DNA from: Myxococcota bacterium
Lineage (GTDB): Bacteria; Myxococcota_A; UBA9042; PHBI01; JAWLBL01
Length of the DNA stretch: 64,000 nucleotides
Assembly: GCA_041687695.1 (NCBI GenBank)
Contig: JAWLBL010000033.1
Coordinates: forward strand, 1 to 64,000
Direction: 5' to 3'
Shown: positions 39,034-48,843 of the stretch, one piece after another
Position numbering within the stretch: the stretch's first letter is position 1
How the letters are laid out: each line of letters opens with the position of its first letter
The notes under the pieces: model-generated
What the model saw: the letters and a program-made list of their open reading frames with translations, nothing else
Databases searched by the model: none
What the model was told of the DNA's origin: nothing
Made by a program: the position numbers and the translations under genes

Positions 39034-42000
39034 TCACTGCGGCCCGGTGCCCGTGACCTGGCTGCTCTTGAAGCCGGTGTAATTGACCGCGCCGGAGTCG
39101 GCCTCGACGATGCGGCTGGGTACGTCGGGGAAGACGCCCCAGTAGTTCGCCGTGGCGTCGATGGTCGCGCCCTGCAGGACGGCGGTCATCTCGATGTTGC
39201 GCGGCGGATTCGAGGTGCCGAACGAATAGACCACCTTCTGCAGGGACAGGCTGGTCCCGTAGGAGCTGCTGTAGTCGGTCACTTCGCCTTGGGCGTTGGT
39301 CGCTGCATGGGAGCCGATGTCGTACCACTGGAGCGACGCGGACGAGCCGAGCGAGACGAGGGTGGTCCCCGACGAGGTCCGGATGCGGCCGGACTGGCTC
39401 GAGGTCCCCTCGGTGTAGCTCGCTTTGACGAACATCAGGACGCCGCCAGCGGGGGCGGTCCAGGTGGCGGTCGTGGCGATCTTGTAGTCCGAACCCGAGG
39501 TGCTCACCGACAGATTCGGCGACTCGACGACCGCAGCCTCGGCGCTGGCGTTGCCATAGATGTTGTTGCCGTTGACCTTGGTCGAGGGGTTCGACGAGCC
39601 GATGGCGCGCGCGAAGACACCTTCGAGCTCGTTGTACAGGAGGTCGCTGGCCGTCACGGAGCCCGAAGCGCTGCCCTCGAGCGACACGCCGTAGCCGTTG
39701 TACTTGATGTGGCTACTCGACAGGTTCACGGCGGCGTTGGCGACACGCACGCCACCGGCCGAGTTGTACAGCGCGCTGCTGTTGGTGATCGCGGTAGGTG
39801 TGCCGGTCGGAGAGCTCGTCACCACGAGACCCCAGCCGGCGTTGTTCTGGGCGAGGGCGTGGTCGACCGTGTGCCCCTTGCTCGAGATCAGGTGCAGCCC
39901 GTGGCGGCCGTTGTTCACGGCGGTGACGTGAGTGGCCACGAGCGTCCCGGACCCCGACACGTACAGGCCGTCGACCGCGTGGTCGCGCGTCTCGACGTTG
40001 GTCGCGTTCAGCGTCCCGGAGCTGACCAGAAGGCCAGTCGCGCCCAGCTCGACGATGGCATGGGTCAGCGCGCTGGTCCCGGCGCCGGCGCCGAAGAGGC
40101 CCTCGAACCCGCCTCCGGCCGGGACGTCGCCGAGGACCGTGAAGGTCACCGGCAGGGTCGGCTGACCGTCCACGACCAGATCTCCAGCGGCACGGGTGAT
40201 GCGGAAGTCGCCCACGTCGTCTCCGTCCTGGTCGATCGGGACGAAAGTGACGGTCACGCCCTCGGCGATGGTCAGAGTGCCACCGGTCCCGACGGTGACG
40301 TCGCCGGTGACGAAGACGTCGGTGTCCCAGACCTCTTCGCCGGTGATGTTCAGCGCGCCGCGGGTCGCGCCGGGGTCGAAGGACGCGTCGAAGGCTTCGG
40401 CGACGAAGCCCTGGATGTCCAGGTGCGAGGCCGCGCTGTAGCTGATGTGGGTCAGGATGTTCGGCCATGTGCCGAGGAAGTTGTGCTGCGCGGTCACGGT
40501 GCCCGACTGCAGGACGGCGGAGACCTGGGCCGTCGACGTCGGCAGATGATAGGCGATCTTGGTGATCGACAGGCTGGTGCCATACGACGAGCTGTAGTCC
40601 GTCACTTCGCCCTTCAGCGTGGTCGCCTTGCTCGAGGCGAGGTCGACCCAGCGCGTAGAAATCGAGCTTCCGATGCTCAGCAGGCTCGTCCCCGAGCTGG
40701 TCTTCAGCGCGCCCGACTGCGAGCTGGTCCCCTCGTTGTACGCGACCTCGGCGCCGACGATGACGGCGCCGGCGGGGGCCGTGAACGTGGCGGTCGAGGC
40801 GATCTTGTAGTCGCTGCCGCTGGTCGAGACCGACAGCGACACGGGCACGACGACGATGGCGCCTTCGGTCGCGTTGCCGAAGACGTTGTTCCACTCGACC
40901 TTGGGGGTCGGGCTGGTCGGCGTCCCGCCCGTGCCCTGGAACAGGGCGCGCACGCCTTCGTGAGCGTTGTACTTCACCTGCGAGTAGGTCAGGTCGCCGG
41001 TCGACGCGCCGCGGTAGGTGACGCCGGTCTCGCCGTTGCTGAGGATGTCGCACTGCGTCAGCGACAGCGAGGTGCCGACCAGCTCGGCGCCGTGGGAGCC
41101 GTTGCTGGACAGGTCACAGCCGGCGACCGTGCCCGACCCGCCGCTGACGTAGACGCCGCGGCCGCCGTTGTCCTTGGAGGTGACGTTGGTGGCCGAGAGG
41201 GTGGCGTTGGTGGCGCGCCAGCCGTCGTCGGCGGAGTCGTGGATGTGGACGTCGGCCAGGTACTTGGTCTTGGTGCCGGTGGTCTCGAGGCCGATGAAGT
41301 TGTGGCGCAGCTCGACGTGGCTCAGGTTCAGGTCGCCCGCCGAGGCGATGCCCTTGTGGGCGTACTCGACGATGGCGTGCTCGATGGTGGCGGTGGAGCC
41401 CGAGGTGAGGACGAGGCCGTTCCAGCTGCTGGGGTCCGCCGGGCCGCTGGTCGGCAGGGTCGTGAAGATGACCGGGGCGGCCTCGGTGCCCTCGACCAGC
41501 AGGCTGCCCTGGATGGTCAGCTCGTAGTCGCCGACCTGGTCGGCGTTCTGGTCGACCTCGACGAAGACGATGGTGGTGCCCGAGGCGATGGTCAGCGTCT
41601 CGCCGGCCGGCACGACCGTGTCGCCGGTGATGTTGACGGTGCCGTACCACAGGGTGGTCGTCACGGTGCCGGAGACGTCGATGACGCTCTGGAAGTTGAT
41701 GTCGCGCGTGGCCTTGGTCACCTGCCCGACCGCGTCACGCACCTCGAGGCCGATGGTGTAGGTGCCGTCGGCGGCGTAGGTGTAGGTCGCCGTCTTGGTC
41801 TTCGACCAGCCGGTGTCCCAGGTGCCGTCGTTGGTCCAATCCCAGCGCACCTCGAGGTCGGCGGTCGCCGTCTCGGTGTCGGACGAGCCGCTGGCGTCGA
41901 CCGTCGCCTGCAGGGTGCCCGTCACGATGGCGCTGAACGAGGCCACAGGCTTGTCGTTCTTGACGAAGAGCTGCCGCACCGGCGACAGGCCCTCGGTGCC

Positions 42001-44748
42001 CTGGCTGTCGGTCGCCTGCGCGACCAGCGCGATGGTGCTGCCGGTCGCGGCCGACTCGGGCACGGTGAAGGTGAACTCGTACGGCACCAGCGCGTCGGCC
42101 GGCCCGATGGCCACGCCGTCCGCCAGGATCTCGACCTGGGCGATGCTGCGCCCGGGGGCCGCCGTCGCGTCGATGGTCATGGCGACGACCGAGCCCTGGG
42201 TCACCTGGAGGTCCTCGAGCGGCTTGACGAAGGTGACCGTCGGCGCGTTGGCGTCCCCGATGGTCACCACGCAGGTCGCGCTGCCCTTGGCGCCCTGATC
42301 GTCGGTCACCGTCAGCGTCACCGTCTTGGCGCCCACCGTCTGGTAGGCGTGCGAGACCTGCGACGCCGTCCCGCTGGTCGTCGTGCCGTCGCCGAAGTCG
42401 AAGGCCCACGCGACCACCGCGCCGTCCGCGTCCGTCGACCCGACGCCGCTGAAGCTCAGCGACACCCCGGTCTTGCCGCCCGCCGGGCACGACAGCGCCG
42501 CCAACGGCGCCTGGTTGCCGTCGAACACGTTCGGCGCGCCCGGCGTCCACGCCTGCTGCGCCGTGAAGTCCTTGCTGTTGTCCCCCGTGTCCGTCCCGCT
42601 GGGGTCACGCCCGATGCTCTTGCCCTCGGACGGCGCGGGCACGGCCGTCCCTTCGCCCGCGAACACGTCGCTCGCCCCGAAGCTGCCGTAGCCCACCGCG
42701 TCGACCACCTGCGCGCCCCAGCGCAGCTGCACGCTGTCGGGCCCGTTCTGGTAGTCGGCCTTGGCGCTGACCTGGTCGGCCACGATCGAGGCGTCAGGCC
42801 CGCCCAGCGACACGACGTAGAACCCGCTGGCGTTCAGCGCCCCCATCAGCACGATGTCGTTGTAGTCCTGGCCGTTGGCGCCGTTGACGCCCACCAGCTT
42901 GAAGCCCGTCAGATCCAGCCCGGGCTCGCCGAACAGCTCGATGAACGCGTTGTCGTCGGCGCCCGCGTCGTTGAACAGCAGCTCGTTGATGACCACCTGA
43001 CCCGGCGGCGGCAGGTCGGCGCACGCCCCGCCCACGCACTGCTGGGCCACCCCGCACGGCGCGGCCGTGCCCCACTCGAGGCAGCCGTCGGCGTTGTAGT
43101 CACCGCAGGTCTCGACGCCCGTCCCGGCCGTGTTGCACCGCACATCGCCCACGACCGCGCACGCGTCCGTGCAGCTCGACGCGCACTGCCCGGCCGAGCA
43201 CACGTCCGTCCCGTCGCACGCCACGCCGGTGTCCCACTCGAGGCACCCGTCGTCGTCCCAGTCGTCGCACGTCTGCACCGCCGTCCCGGCTGTGTTGCAC
43301 TTCGTCTCGCCGATGGCCCCGCACTCGTTCACGCACGACAGCATGCAGTTGCCGCCCGAGCACACCTGCGTGCCCTCGCACGCCTGCGCCGTGCCCCACT
43401 CGAGGCATCCGTCGCTGTCGTGGTCGCCGCACTCCTGCCACGCGCCCCCGCCCGCGCACTGCCGCCCGCCCTCGGTCGTGCACTCGTCCGAGCAGTCCAG
43501 CGCGCAGTTGCCGTTCGAGCACACCAGCCCGTCGCCGCAGGCCACCGGCGTGCCCCACTCGAGGCACGGATCCGCGTCCGAGTCGCCGCAGGTCCGCACC
43601 GCGTCGCCCTCGCACTTCTTGGCGCCCACCGTCGTGCACTCGTCCGAGCACGACGCCGTGCAGTTGCCGTTCGAGCAGCTCAGCCCTTCGCCGCACCCGA
43701 CCGGCGTCCCCCAGGCCAGGCACCCGCCCGGCCCGACCTCGCAGACCACCACCGCGTTGCCGTCGCAGGTCTTGGCGCCCTGGGCCGTGCACCCGTTCGT
43801 GCACGTCGTCTGGCAGAACCCGTTCGAGCAGACCAGCCCGTCCCCGCACGGCACGCCCGTGCCCCACTCGAGGCACCCGTCGCCGTTGGAGTCGCCGCAG
43901 GTCTGCACCGAGTTGCCCGAGCACTTGGTCGCCCCCAGCACGGAGCACTCGCTCTGGCAGCTGGTCGCGCAGAACCCGTTCGAGCACACCTCGCCCTGGT
44001 TGCAGCTGACCGCCGTGCCCCACTCGAGGCAGCCGTCCCCGTTGGTGTCGCCGCACTGCTTGACGGACTGCGTCCCCGCGCACTGCTTGGCGCCCATCAC
44101 GTTGCACTCGTCGGTGCAGGTCGACCCGCAGGTCCCGTTCGCGCACACCTCGCCGTCGGGGCAGGGCGTCACGTCGCCCCAGTCCAGGCACCCGTCGAAG
44201 TCGTAGTCGGCGCACACCTGCGTGCCGTTGCCCGAGCACTGGCGCGCGCCCTTGACCGTGCACTCGTTCGAGCAGCTCACCGCGCAGAAGCCGTTCGAGC
44301 ACACGGTCCCGCCCTGGCAGGGCACCCCGGCGCCCCACTCGAGGCACCCGTCCTGGTTCGCGTCGCCGCAGGTCTCGACCGTGTCGCCCGCCCCGCAGCG
44401 CTTGGCGCCCGCCACCGTGCACTCGGACGTGCAGGACACCGCGCAGAAGCCCCCGGTGCACGTCTGCGCGCCGCATTCCTGCGGGTCACCCCACTCGAGG
44501 CAGCCGTCATCGTCGTAGTCCGCGCACGTCTCGACCGCGTTGCCCTCGCACCGGGTCGCGCCCTGGTTCGTGCACGCGTTGGTGCACCCCGGCCCCTCGT
44601 CCGGCTGCTTGTCCACGTCGGGCGAGACCTCGCTCGGCGCGTCGCTGTGCGGCACGTCCGCCGTGGTGTTGCCGGGATTCGCGTCGTCGCCGCACGCGAC
44701 GCAAAGCGCCAGCGCGGTAAAGCCTGCCAATGTGGAGCGGTTCATCAT
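39034..44748 (-). CDS. Giant surface lipoprotein: 10 Cys-rich repeats, lamin-tail domain, PKD/Ig domains, right-handed beta-helix
   Basis: Lipobox CVAC, DGCLEWG repeats, VVINEL...FIEL (LTD), WAFDFGDG/WDWTNDG (PKD), and N..xG-rich beta-helix. Confidence 0.85.
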   Translation of the reverse strand: MMNRSTLAGFTALALCVACGDDANPGNTTADVPHSDAPSEVSPDVDKQPDEGPGCTNACTNQGATRCEGNAVETCADYDDDGCLEWGDPQECGAQTCTGGFCAVSCTSECTVAGAKRCGAGDTVETCGDANQDGCLEWGAGVPCQGGTVCSNGFCAVSCSNECTVKGARQCSGNGTQVCADYDFDGCLDWGDVTPCPDGEVCANGTCGSTCTDECNVMGAKQCAGTQSVKQCGDTNGDGCLEWGTAVSCNQGEVCSNGFCATSCQSECSVLGATKCSGNSVQTCGDSNGDGCLEWGTGVPCGDGLVCSNGFCQTTCTNGCTAQGAKTCDGNAVVVCEVGPGGCLAWGTPVGCGEGLSCSNGNCTASCSDECTTVGAKKCEGDAVRTCGDSDADPCLEWGTPVACGDGLVCSNGNCALDCSDECTTEGGRQCAGGGAWQECGDHDSDGCLEWGTAQACEGTQVCSGGNCMLSCVNECGAIGETKCNTAGTAVQTCDDWDDDGCLEWDTGVACDGTDVCSAGQCASSCTDACAVVGDVRCNTAGTGVETCGDYNADGCLEWGTAAPCGVAQQCVGGACADLPPPGQVVINELLFNDAGADDNAFIELFGEPGLDLTGFKLVGVNGANGQDYNDIVLMGALNASGFYVVSLGGPDASIVADQVSAKADYQNGPDSVQLRWGAQVVDAVGYGSFGASDVFAGEGTAVPAPSEGKSIGRDPSGTDTGDNSKDFTAQQAWTPGAPNVFDGNQAPLAALSCPAGGKTGVSLSFSGVGSTDADGAVVAWAFDFGDGTTTSGTASQVSHAYQTVGAKTVTLTVTDDQGAKGSATCVVTIGDANAPTVTFVKPLEDLQVTQGSVVAMTIDATAAPGRSIAQVEILADGVAIGPADALVPYEFTFTVPESAATGSTIALVAQATDSQGTEGLSPVRQLFVKNDKPVASFSAIVTGTLQATVDASGSSDTETATADLEVRWDWTNDGTWDTGWSKTKTATYTYAADGTYTIGLEVRDAVGQVTKATRDINFQSVIDVSGTVTTTLWYGTVNITGDTVVPAGETLTIASGTTIVFVEVDQNADQVGDYELTIQGSLLVEGTEAAPVIFTTLPTSGPADPSSWNGLVLTSGSTATIEHAIVEYAHKGIASAGDLNLSHVELRHNFIGLETTGTKTKYLADVHIHDSADDGWRATNATLSATNVTSKDNGGRGVYVSGGSGTVAGCDLSSNGSHGAELVGTSLSLTQCDILSNGETGVTYRGASTGDLTYSQVKYNAHEGVRALFQGTGGTPTSPTPKVEWNNVFGNATEGAIVVVPVSLSVSTSGSDYKIASTATFTAPAGAVIVGAEVAYNEGTSSQSGALKTSSGTSLLSIGSSISTRWVDLASSKATTLKGEVTDYSSSYGTSLSITKIAYHLPTSTAQVSAVLQSGTVTAQHNFLGTWPNILTHISYSAASHLDIQGFVAEAFDASFDPGATRGALNITGEEVWDTDVFVTGDVTVGTGGTLTIAEGVTVTFVPIDQDGDDVGDFRITRAAGDLVVDGQPTLPVTFTVLGDVPAGGGFEGLFGAGAGTSALTHAIVELGATGLLVSSGTLNATNVETRDHAVDGLYVSGSGTLVATHVTAVNNGRHGLHLISSKGHTVDHALAQNNAGWGLVVTSSPTGTPTAITNSSALYNSAGGVRVANAAVNLSSSHIKYNGYGVSLEGSASGSVTASDLLYNELEGVFARAIGSSNPSTKVNGNNIYGNASAEAAVVESPNLSVSTSGSDYKIATTATWTAPAGGVLMFVKASYTEGTSSQSGRIRTSSGTTLVSLGSSASLQWYDIGSHAATNAQGEVTDYSSSYGTSLSLQKVVYSFGTSNPPRNIEMTAVLQGATIDATANYWGVFPDVPSRIVEADSGAVNYTGFKSSQVTGTGPQ

Positions 44749-44919
44749 GGACGATCTCGTGTTGCGATGCGGTGGTCGCGGGCTCCCCGGCCCCGAGAGG
44801 GACTGGGGACGCGACTCCCTACCCAGCGGGTGGCGCCGAGTCAACAGGGCTCGACGCCGCTCTAGACACTCCTGCTGGAGCGGTTCCCAGGGGGCCCGCG
44901 GCGGGCTATCGTGCACGCC

Positions 44920-45522
44920 ATGAACAGCGCGCCACGCAACCTCGAGTTCTGCTTCGACCTGTCCTCGCCCTACAGCTACCTCGCCGCGACCCAGGTCGAG
45001 GCGATCGCCGCACGTCACGGCGCGATCGTCGCCTACAAGCCGGTGGTCCTGGGCGCCGTGTTCAAGGCGGCCGGCAACCGGATGCCCGCGCAGGTGCCGG
45101 CCAAGGCGCGCCACATGGCGCTGGATCTGCAGCGCTGGGCGGCCTGGTACGACGTGCCCTTCCGGTTCAGCAGCCGCTTCCCGGTCAACGCCATCCAGGC
45201 CATGCGCCTGGTCCTGGTCGGCGAGCGCCACGGCCGCGCCGGCGAGGTCGCGATGGCCGCCTTCCGCGCGCTGTGGGTCGACGATCGCGACATCACCGAT
45301 CCGGCCGAGCTGCGCGCCATCGCCCAAACCGCGGGCCTCGACCCCGACCAGGCGCTGGCTGCGTTGGGCGATCCCGAGATCAAGGACCGCCTGCGCGCCC
45401 TGACCGACGAGGCCGTCGAGCGCGGGGTGTTCGGCGCGCCCGCGATCTTCGTGGGCGGCGAGCTCTTCTGGGGCAACGACCGGATGCACTTCGTCGAGGC
45501 GGCGCTGGCCCGGCCCGCCTGA
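44920..45522 (+). CDS. 2-hydroxychromene-2-carboxylate isomerase / kappa-GST DsbA family protein
   Basis: FDLSSPYSYLA and GVFGAP....GELFWGNDR motifs. Confidence 0.9.
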   Translation: MNSAPRNLEFCFDLSSPYSYLAATQVEAIAARHGAIVAYKPVVLGAVFKAAGNRMPAQVPAKARHMALDLQRWAAWYDVPFRFSSRFPVNAIQAMRLVLVGERHGRAGEVAMAAFRALWVDDRDITDPAELRAIAQTAGLDPDQALAALGDPEIKDRLRALTDEAVERGVFGAPAIFVGGELFWGNDRMHFVEAALARPA

Positions 45523-45528
45523 CGCTCA

Positions 45529-45686
45529 GGGCCCGCCAAGAAATAAAGTGCTCGCCTCCGCGGCGGATCCGCCGCACTGGACACGTCGCCGAAAGCTCGG
45601 AGTATCCAGATACACCTTCACTTTCGGCGACGCGCCCAGCACGACGCCTCCTTGCCGATCCGATCCCTTTATTCCTTGGCGGGCCC
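45529..45686. mobile_element. 158-bp MITE with 20-bp TIRs and TCA target-site duplication
   Basis: TCA|GGGCCCGCCAAGAAATAAAG ... CTTTATTCCTTGGCGGGCCC|TCA (19/20 inverted match), with no credible CDS inside. Confidence 0.8.
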
Positions 45687-46277
45687 TCAGCCGCGAGCGG
45701 CCTCGACCAGCGCCAACGCGCCGAAGACGGCGAACACCACCGCGCCCAGCCGGTGCAGCAGGGCGGTCGGCAGCTGCCGCGCCAGCGCCGCGCCGGCCGT
45801 GACGGCGACCACGCTGACCAGCGCCAATCCCAGTGTGCCCCCGGCGAAGACCCACGCCGGCTCGTCGAAGCGCGCGGCCAGCCCGGCGATCGCGATCTGC
45901 GTCTTGTCCCCCATCTCGGCGACCAGCAACGCCGTGAAGGTCACCACGAACGGATGCCGCGCCGACGATCGGCGCTCGGCCTCCGCCTCGTCGTCCTCGT
46001 CGCCCGCCGACCGCCAGGCGAGGACCGCCAGCGTCAGGAACAGCAGCCCGCTCGCCCCCAGCAGCGCGCGGACGGGCAGGGCGTCGGCCAGCGCGGCGCC
46101 CAGGGCGACCGCCGCCAGGTTCAGCACCGCGAAGGCCGCCACGGCGCCGGCCAGGACCGGGACGCGCCCGTGCGTCGTCGCCAGCGCCAGCAGCACCATG
46201 AACGACTTGTCGCCCAGCTCGGCCAGCGTGGTCAGGCTCAGGGCCGACAGGAACGGTCCCGTCTCGAGGTCACCCAC
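45687..46277 (-). CDS. TMEM165/GDT1 (UPF0016) Mn/Ca transporter
   Basis: Two AE(L/M)GDK(S/T) motifs. Start is approximate (GTG 46277). Confidence 0.85.
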   Translation of the reverse strand: MGDLETGPFLSALSLTTLAELGDKSFMVLLALATTHGRVPVLAGAVAAFAVLNLAAVALGAALADALPVRALLGASGLLFLTLAVLAWRSAGDEDDEAEAERRSSARHPFVVTFTALLVAEMGDKTQIAIAGLAARFDEPAWVFAGGTLGLALVSVVAVTAGAALARQLPTALLHRLGAVVFAVFGALALVEAARG

Positions 46278-46980
46278 TCCCGTCCCCGCCTTCGGCGAGG
46301 TCGGCGCGGGCTTCGGCCTCGAAGTCGCCGGCGATGCGGCCGCCCTCCAGGCGCTCCCAGGTCCAGCCGTAGACCTCGCGATAGGTCTGCCGGATGTGCT
46401 CCCACGGCACGTCGCGCGCGACGCCGCGGTCCAGGACGTACTCCATGTGGCGCCGGCCGGCCGCGTCGAAGGGGTGGTAGATGGCGTCGGCGCGGCCGTC
46501 CCAGACGAGGGGCCGCAGGCCGGCGCGCTCACACAGGCTGGTGTTGAAGGCGGGCGTCGCCTTGACCCAGCGCTCGCCCAGCCACAGCTCGGCGTAGCCG
46601 TGGTAGACGAAGACGTCGGTCCCCATCAGCGCCCACAGCTTGGGGCTGGTCAGGTGGTTGCGCACGTCCGCGAAGCCCAGGCGAGCCGGCAGGCCGAGGG
46701 CGCGGGCGCCGGCGGCCAGCAGGGCGGCCTTGTTGACGCAGAAGCCGCGGCCCTGCAGCAGCGCGGTCGAGGCCCTGAAGCCGGCGCGTCCGAAGTCGAC
46801 CCGGTAGGGGTCGTAGCGGATCTCGTCGCGGCAGGCGTCGAACAGCCGCACGGCGCGCGTGACGGCGTCGCCCTGCCCGGCGCGGTCTCGGGCCCAGGCG
46901 ACGACGGCCGGGTGGTCGCTGTCGACGAAGAAGGTCGGGGCCAGGCACTCGTCGGGCGTGGGGGCGACGGGGCCGCTCAT
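46270..46980 (-). CDS. Transglutaminase-like protein
   Basis: GFCVNKA...LGFADVRNHL...HGY.E...WVKATP motif. Confidence 0.85.
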   Translation of the reverse strand: MSGPVAPTPDECLAPTFFVDSDHPAVVAWARDRAGQGDAVTRAVRLFDACRDEIRYDPYRVDFGRAGFRASTALLQGRGFCVNKAALLAAGARALGLPARLGFADVRNHLTSPKLWALMGTDVFVYHGYAELWLGERWVKATPAFNTSLCERAGLRPLVWDGRADAIYHPFDAAGRRHMEYVLDRGVARDVPWEHIRQTYREVYGWTWERLEGGRIAGDFEAEARADLAEGGDGSG

Positions 46981-47474
46981 GGCGCGTCCATGAAGGTCCG
47001 GGTGACCGCGAGCAAGGCCTGGGACAGCTCCGCCACGGTCGCTGTCGGCAGGCGCGCCTCGAGCCAGGGGTAGAGCTGCTCGTCCTCGCGTCCGCCGTGG
47101 TGCTCGAGGACGCCTCGCAGGCGGACCAGCGGCTCGAGCTGCTGGGCGAGGAAGCGGCGGCGTCCCTCGGGCGCCATCAGCGCCAGCTCGGCCATGACGC
47201 CGCTGACGTCCCGCAGGCGTCGGCGCACCAGCTCGTGGTCGCGCGTGTACAGATCGGCCGGGGACCGGGGCGGCCGCTCCTCCAGCGCCTCCCAGCGCGG
47301 GAACACCAGGCGCTCCTCGACCTCCATGTGCGCGGCCAGGCCCTCGTTGAGGCGCCGCCAGCGCGTCCGCGCCGCGTCCAGATCCAGCGCCAGCAGCGCC
47401 TCGTAGGTGTCGACCAGCGCCGCGTCGATGGCCTCGTGGAACGCCGTGTTCACCAGCGTCAGAGAGATCTTCAT
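46977..47474 (-). CDS. Hemerythrin-domain protein
   Basis: H...HxxxEE.LxFP...H...HxxxEDxxLYP pattern. Confidence 0.75.
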   Translation of the reverse strand: MKISLTLVNTAFHEAIDAALVDTYEALLALDLDAARTRWRRLNEGLAAHMEVEERLVFPRWEALEERPPRSPADLYTRDHELVRRRLRDVSGVMAELALMAPEGRRRFLAQQLEPLVRLRGVLEHHGGREDEQLYPWLEARLPTATVAELSQALLAVTRTFMDAP

Positions 47475-48070
47475 GCCTTGCTCTTCCTGGCGTGCACGTC
47501 CACGCCGCCGAAGACGGCGATCCCGTGGACCCGAAGCACCGGCGCGGACGGATCCGCCGGCGCCTGGTTGCAGTCGCTGAACCCGCCGAAGATTCCCGAC
47601 CCGGCGCTCTCCACGCGCAGCCAGGGCGGCACGCGGATCTCCACGCCCCCGAACACCGCCGTGACCTTCAGGTCGGTGACCCCCGCCTCGAACTGCGCGT
47701 CCCGGAAGTCCAGCACGGCCCCGCCGAACACGGCGCGCACCTTCAGCTCGGCCGGCACGGTCCACGTCCCCCTGCGCTCGACGCCGCCGAACAGGGCCAG
47801 CAGCGACTGCCTTCGCCCGAGCGGGGCCAGCGCCGTCCCGGTCGGGCGCGCGGCCGGCGCGGCCTCGGCCGGCAGGTCACGCGTCAGCACGGCCAGGTCG
47901 CCGGCGGTGCGCGCCGCCTCGGCCAGCTCGAGCCGCTCGTCGAGCTCCTCGAGGGTCATGAGGTCGCTCGCGAACGCCTCCTGCAGGCGCTCGATGGTCC
48001 GCTGGCGCTCGGGCTCCAGGCTCGCCGCCAGGGGCTTGGGCTGACGCGTCGGGTCGTCGGGGGTGGCCAT
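47471..48070 (-). CDS. DUF1707 (SHOCT-like) plus LiaF/DUF2154-like protein
   Basis: ER...L..AF...LT.EE.DERL followed by repeated AVFGG motifs. Confidence 0.8.
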   Translation of the reverse strand: MATPDDPTRQPKPLAASLEPERQRTIERLQEAFASDLMTLEELDERLELAEAARTAGDLAVLTRDLPAEAAPAARPTGTALAPLGRRQSLLALFGGVERRGTWTVPAELKVRAVFGGAVLDFRDAQFEAGVTDLKVTAVFGGVEIRVPPWLRVESAGSGIFGGFSDCNQAPADPSAPVLRVHGIAVFGGVDVHARKSKA

Positions 48071-48309
48071 GCGCTCTCTCCACGGTCGCGGCGGCGCGAG
48101 CATCGCCCCATCGCCCTCGGAAGGGAAGCACGACGCGCGCGCGACCGCGGCGGTCGGCGGCGGGAAGCGCACGACAAATCACGGGGTTGGACTCGGTGTC
48201 CCCCGTCGCTCCCCCACCCGACCCTCCGGCCGCGCCCCGGCCCGCGGCGCCGCCTCGCCGCCCCAGCCCCTCCGCGGCCCTGGGCGCCGCCCCAGCTTGG
48301 AGACCCGCC

Positions 48310-48819
48310 ATGCGCCTCCCCCCATCCGTCGGGCGCTCGCCCTGGCGCGCCCTCTTCGTCGCCCCAGCGCTCGCGCTCCTCGCCACGGCCTGCGACCTCG
48401 AGGAGCTCGACGCCTTCGACGACCCGAACCCCTTCGCCCTGCGCAGCTGCGCCGCCATCGACGGCACCTACGACGCCATCGACCTCCGCGTCACCTCCGC
48501 CGACGACCCGACCGTCCTGCGCGACTTCGACACCCTCGGCGCCGACTGGCGCGTCAGCTTCGAGGACGGCGTCTTCGTCTCGCGCTTCACCGAGCCGGGC
48601 CGCGCGCCCGACGTGCAGACGGGGCCCTTCGAACTCGTGCAGGGCGACCTGCTGTTCACCGACGCGCCGCTGCTGACGGACGTCGACCTCGACGGCGGCG
48701 TCGTCGGGTGCTCGGTCGTCGGCAACCGCCTGTTTCTGCGCGGGCCGGCCACCTTCGACTTCGATGGCGACGGCGACCTCGACGACGCGTTCTTCGAGGC
48801 CGATCTCGACCCGCGCTGA
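48310..48819 (+). CDS. Hypothetical acidic lipoprotein
   Basis: Lipobox ATAC, beta-rich body and a DFDGDGD motif. Confidence 0.6.
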   Translation: MRLPPSVGRSPWRALFVAPALALLATACDLEELDAFDDPNPFALRSCAAIDGTYDAIDLRVTSADDPTVLRDFDTLGADWRVSFEDGVFVSRFTEPGRAPDVQTGPFELVQGDLLFTDAPLLTDVDLDGGVVGCSVVGNRLFLRGPATFDFDGDGDLDDAFFEADLDPR

Positions 48820-48843
48820 ACGCGTCGCCGGCCGTCCGCCCCG

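Noticed and set aside
45529..45686. yybP-ykoY Mn riboswitch associated with the UPF0016 gene
   Set aside because: The structured sequence lies downstream of the gene, not in its leader, and TIRs plus a TSD explain it better as a MITE.
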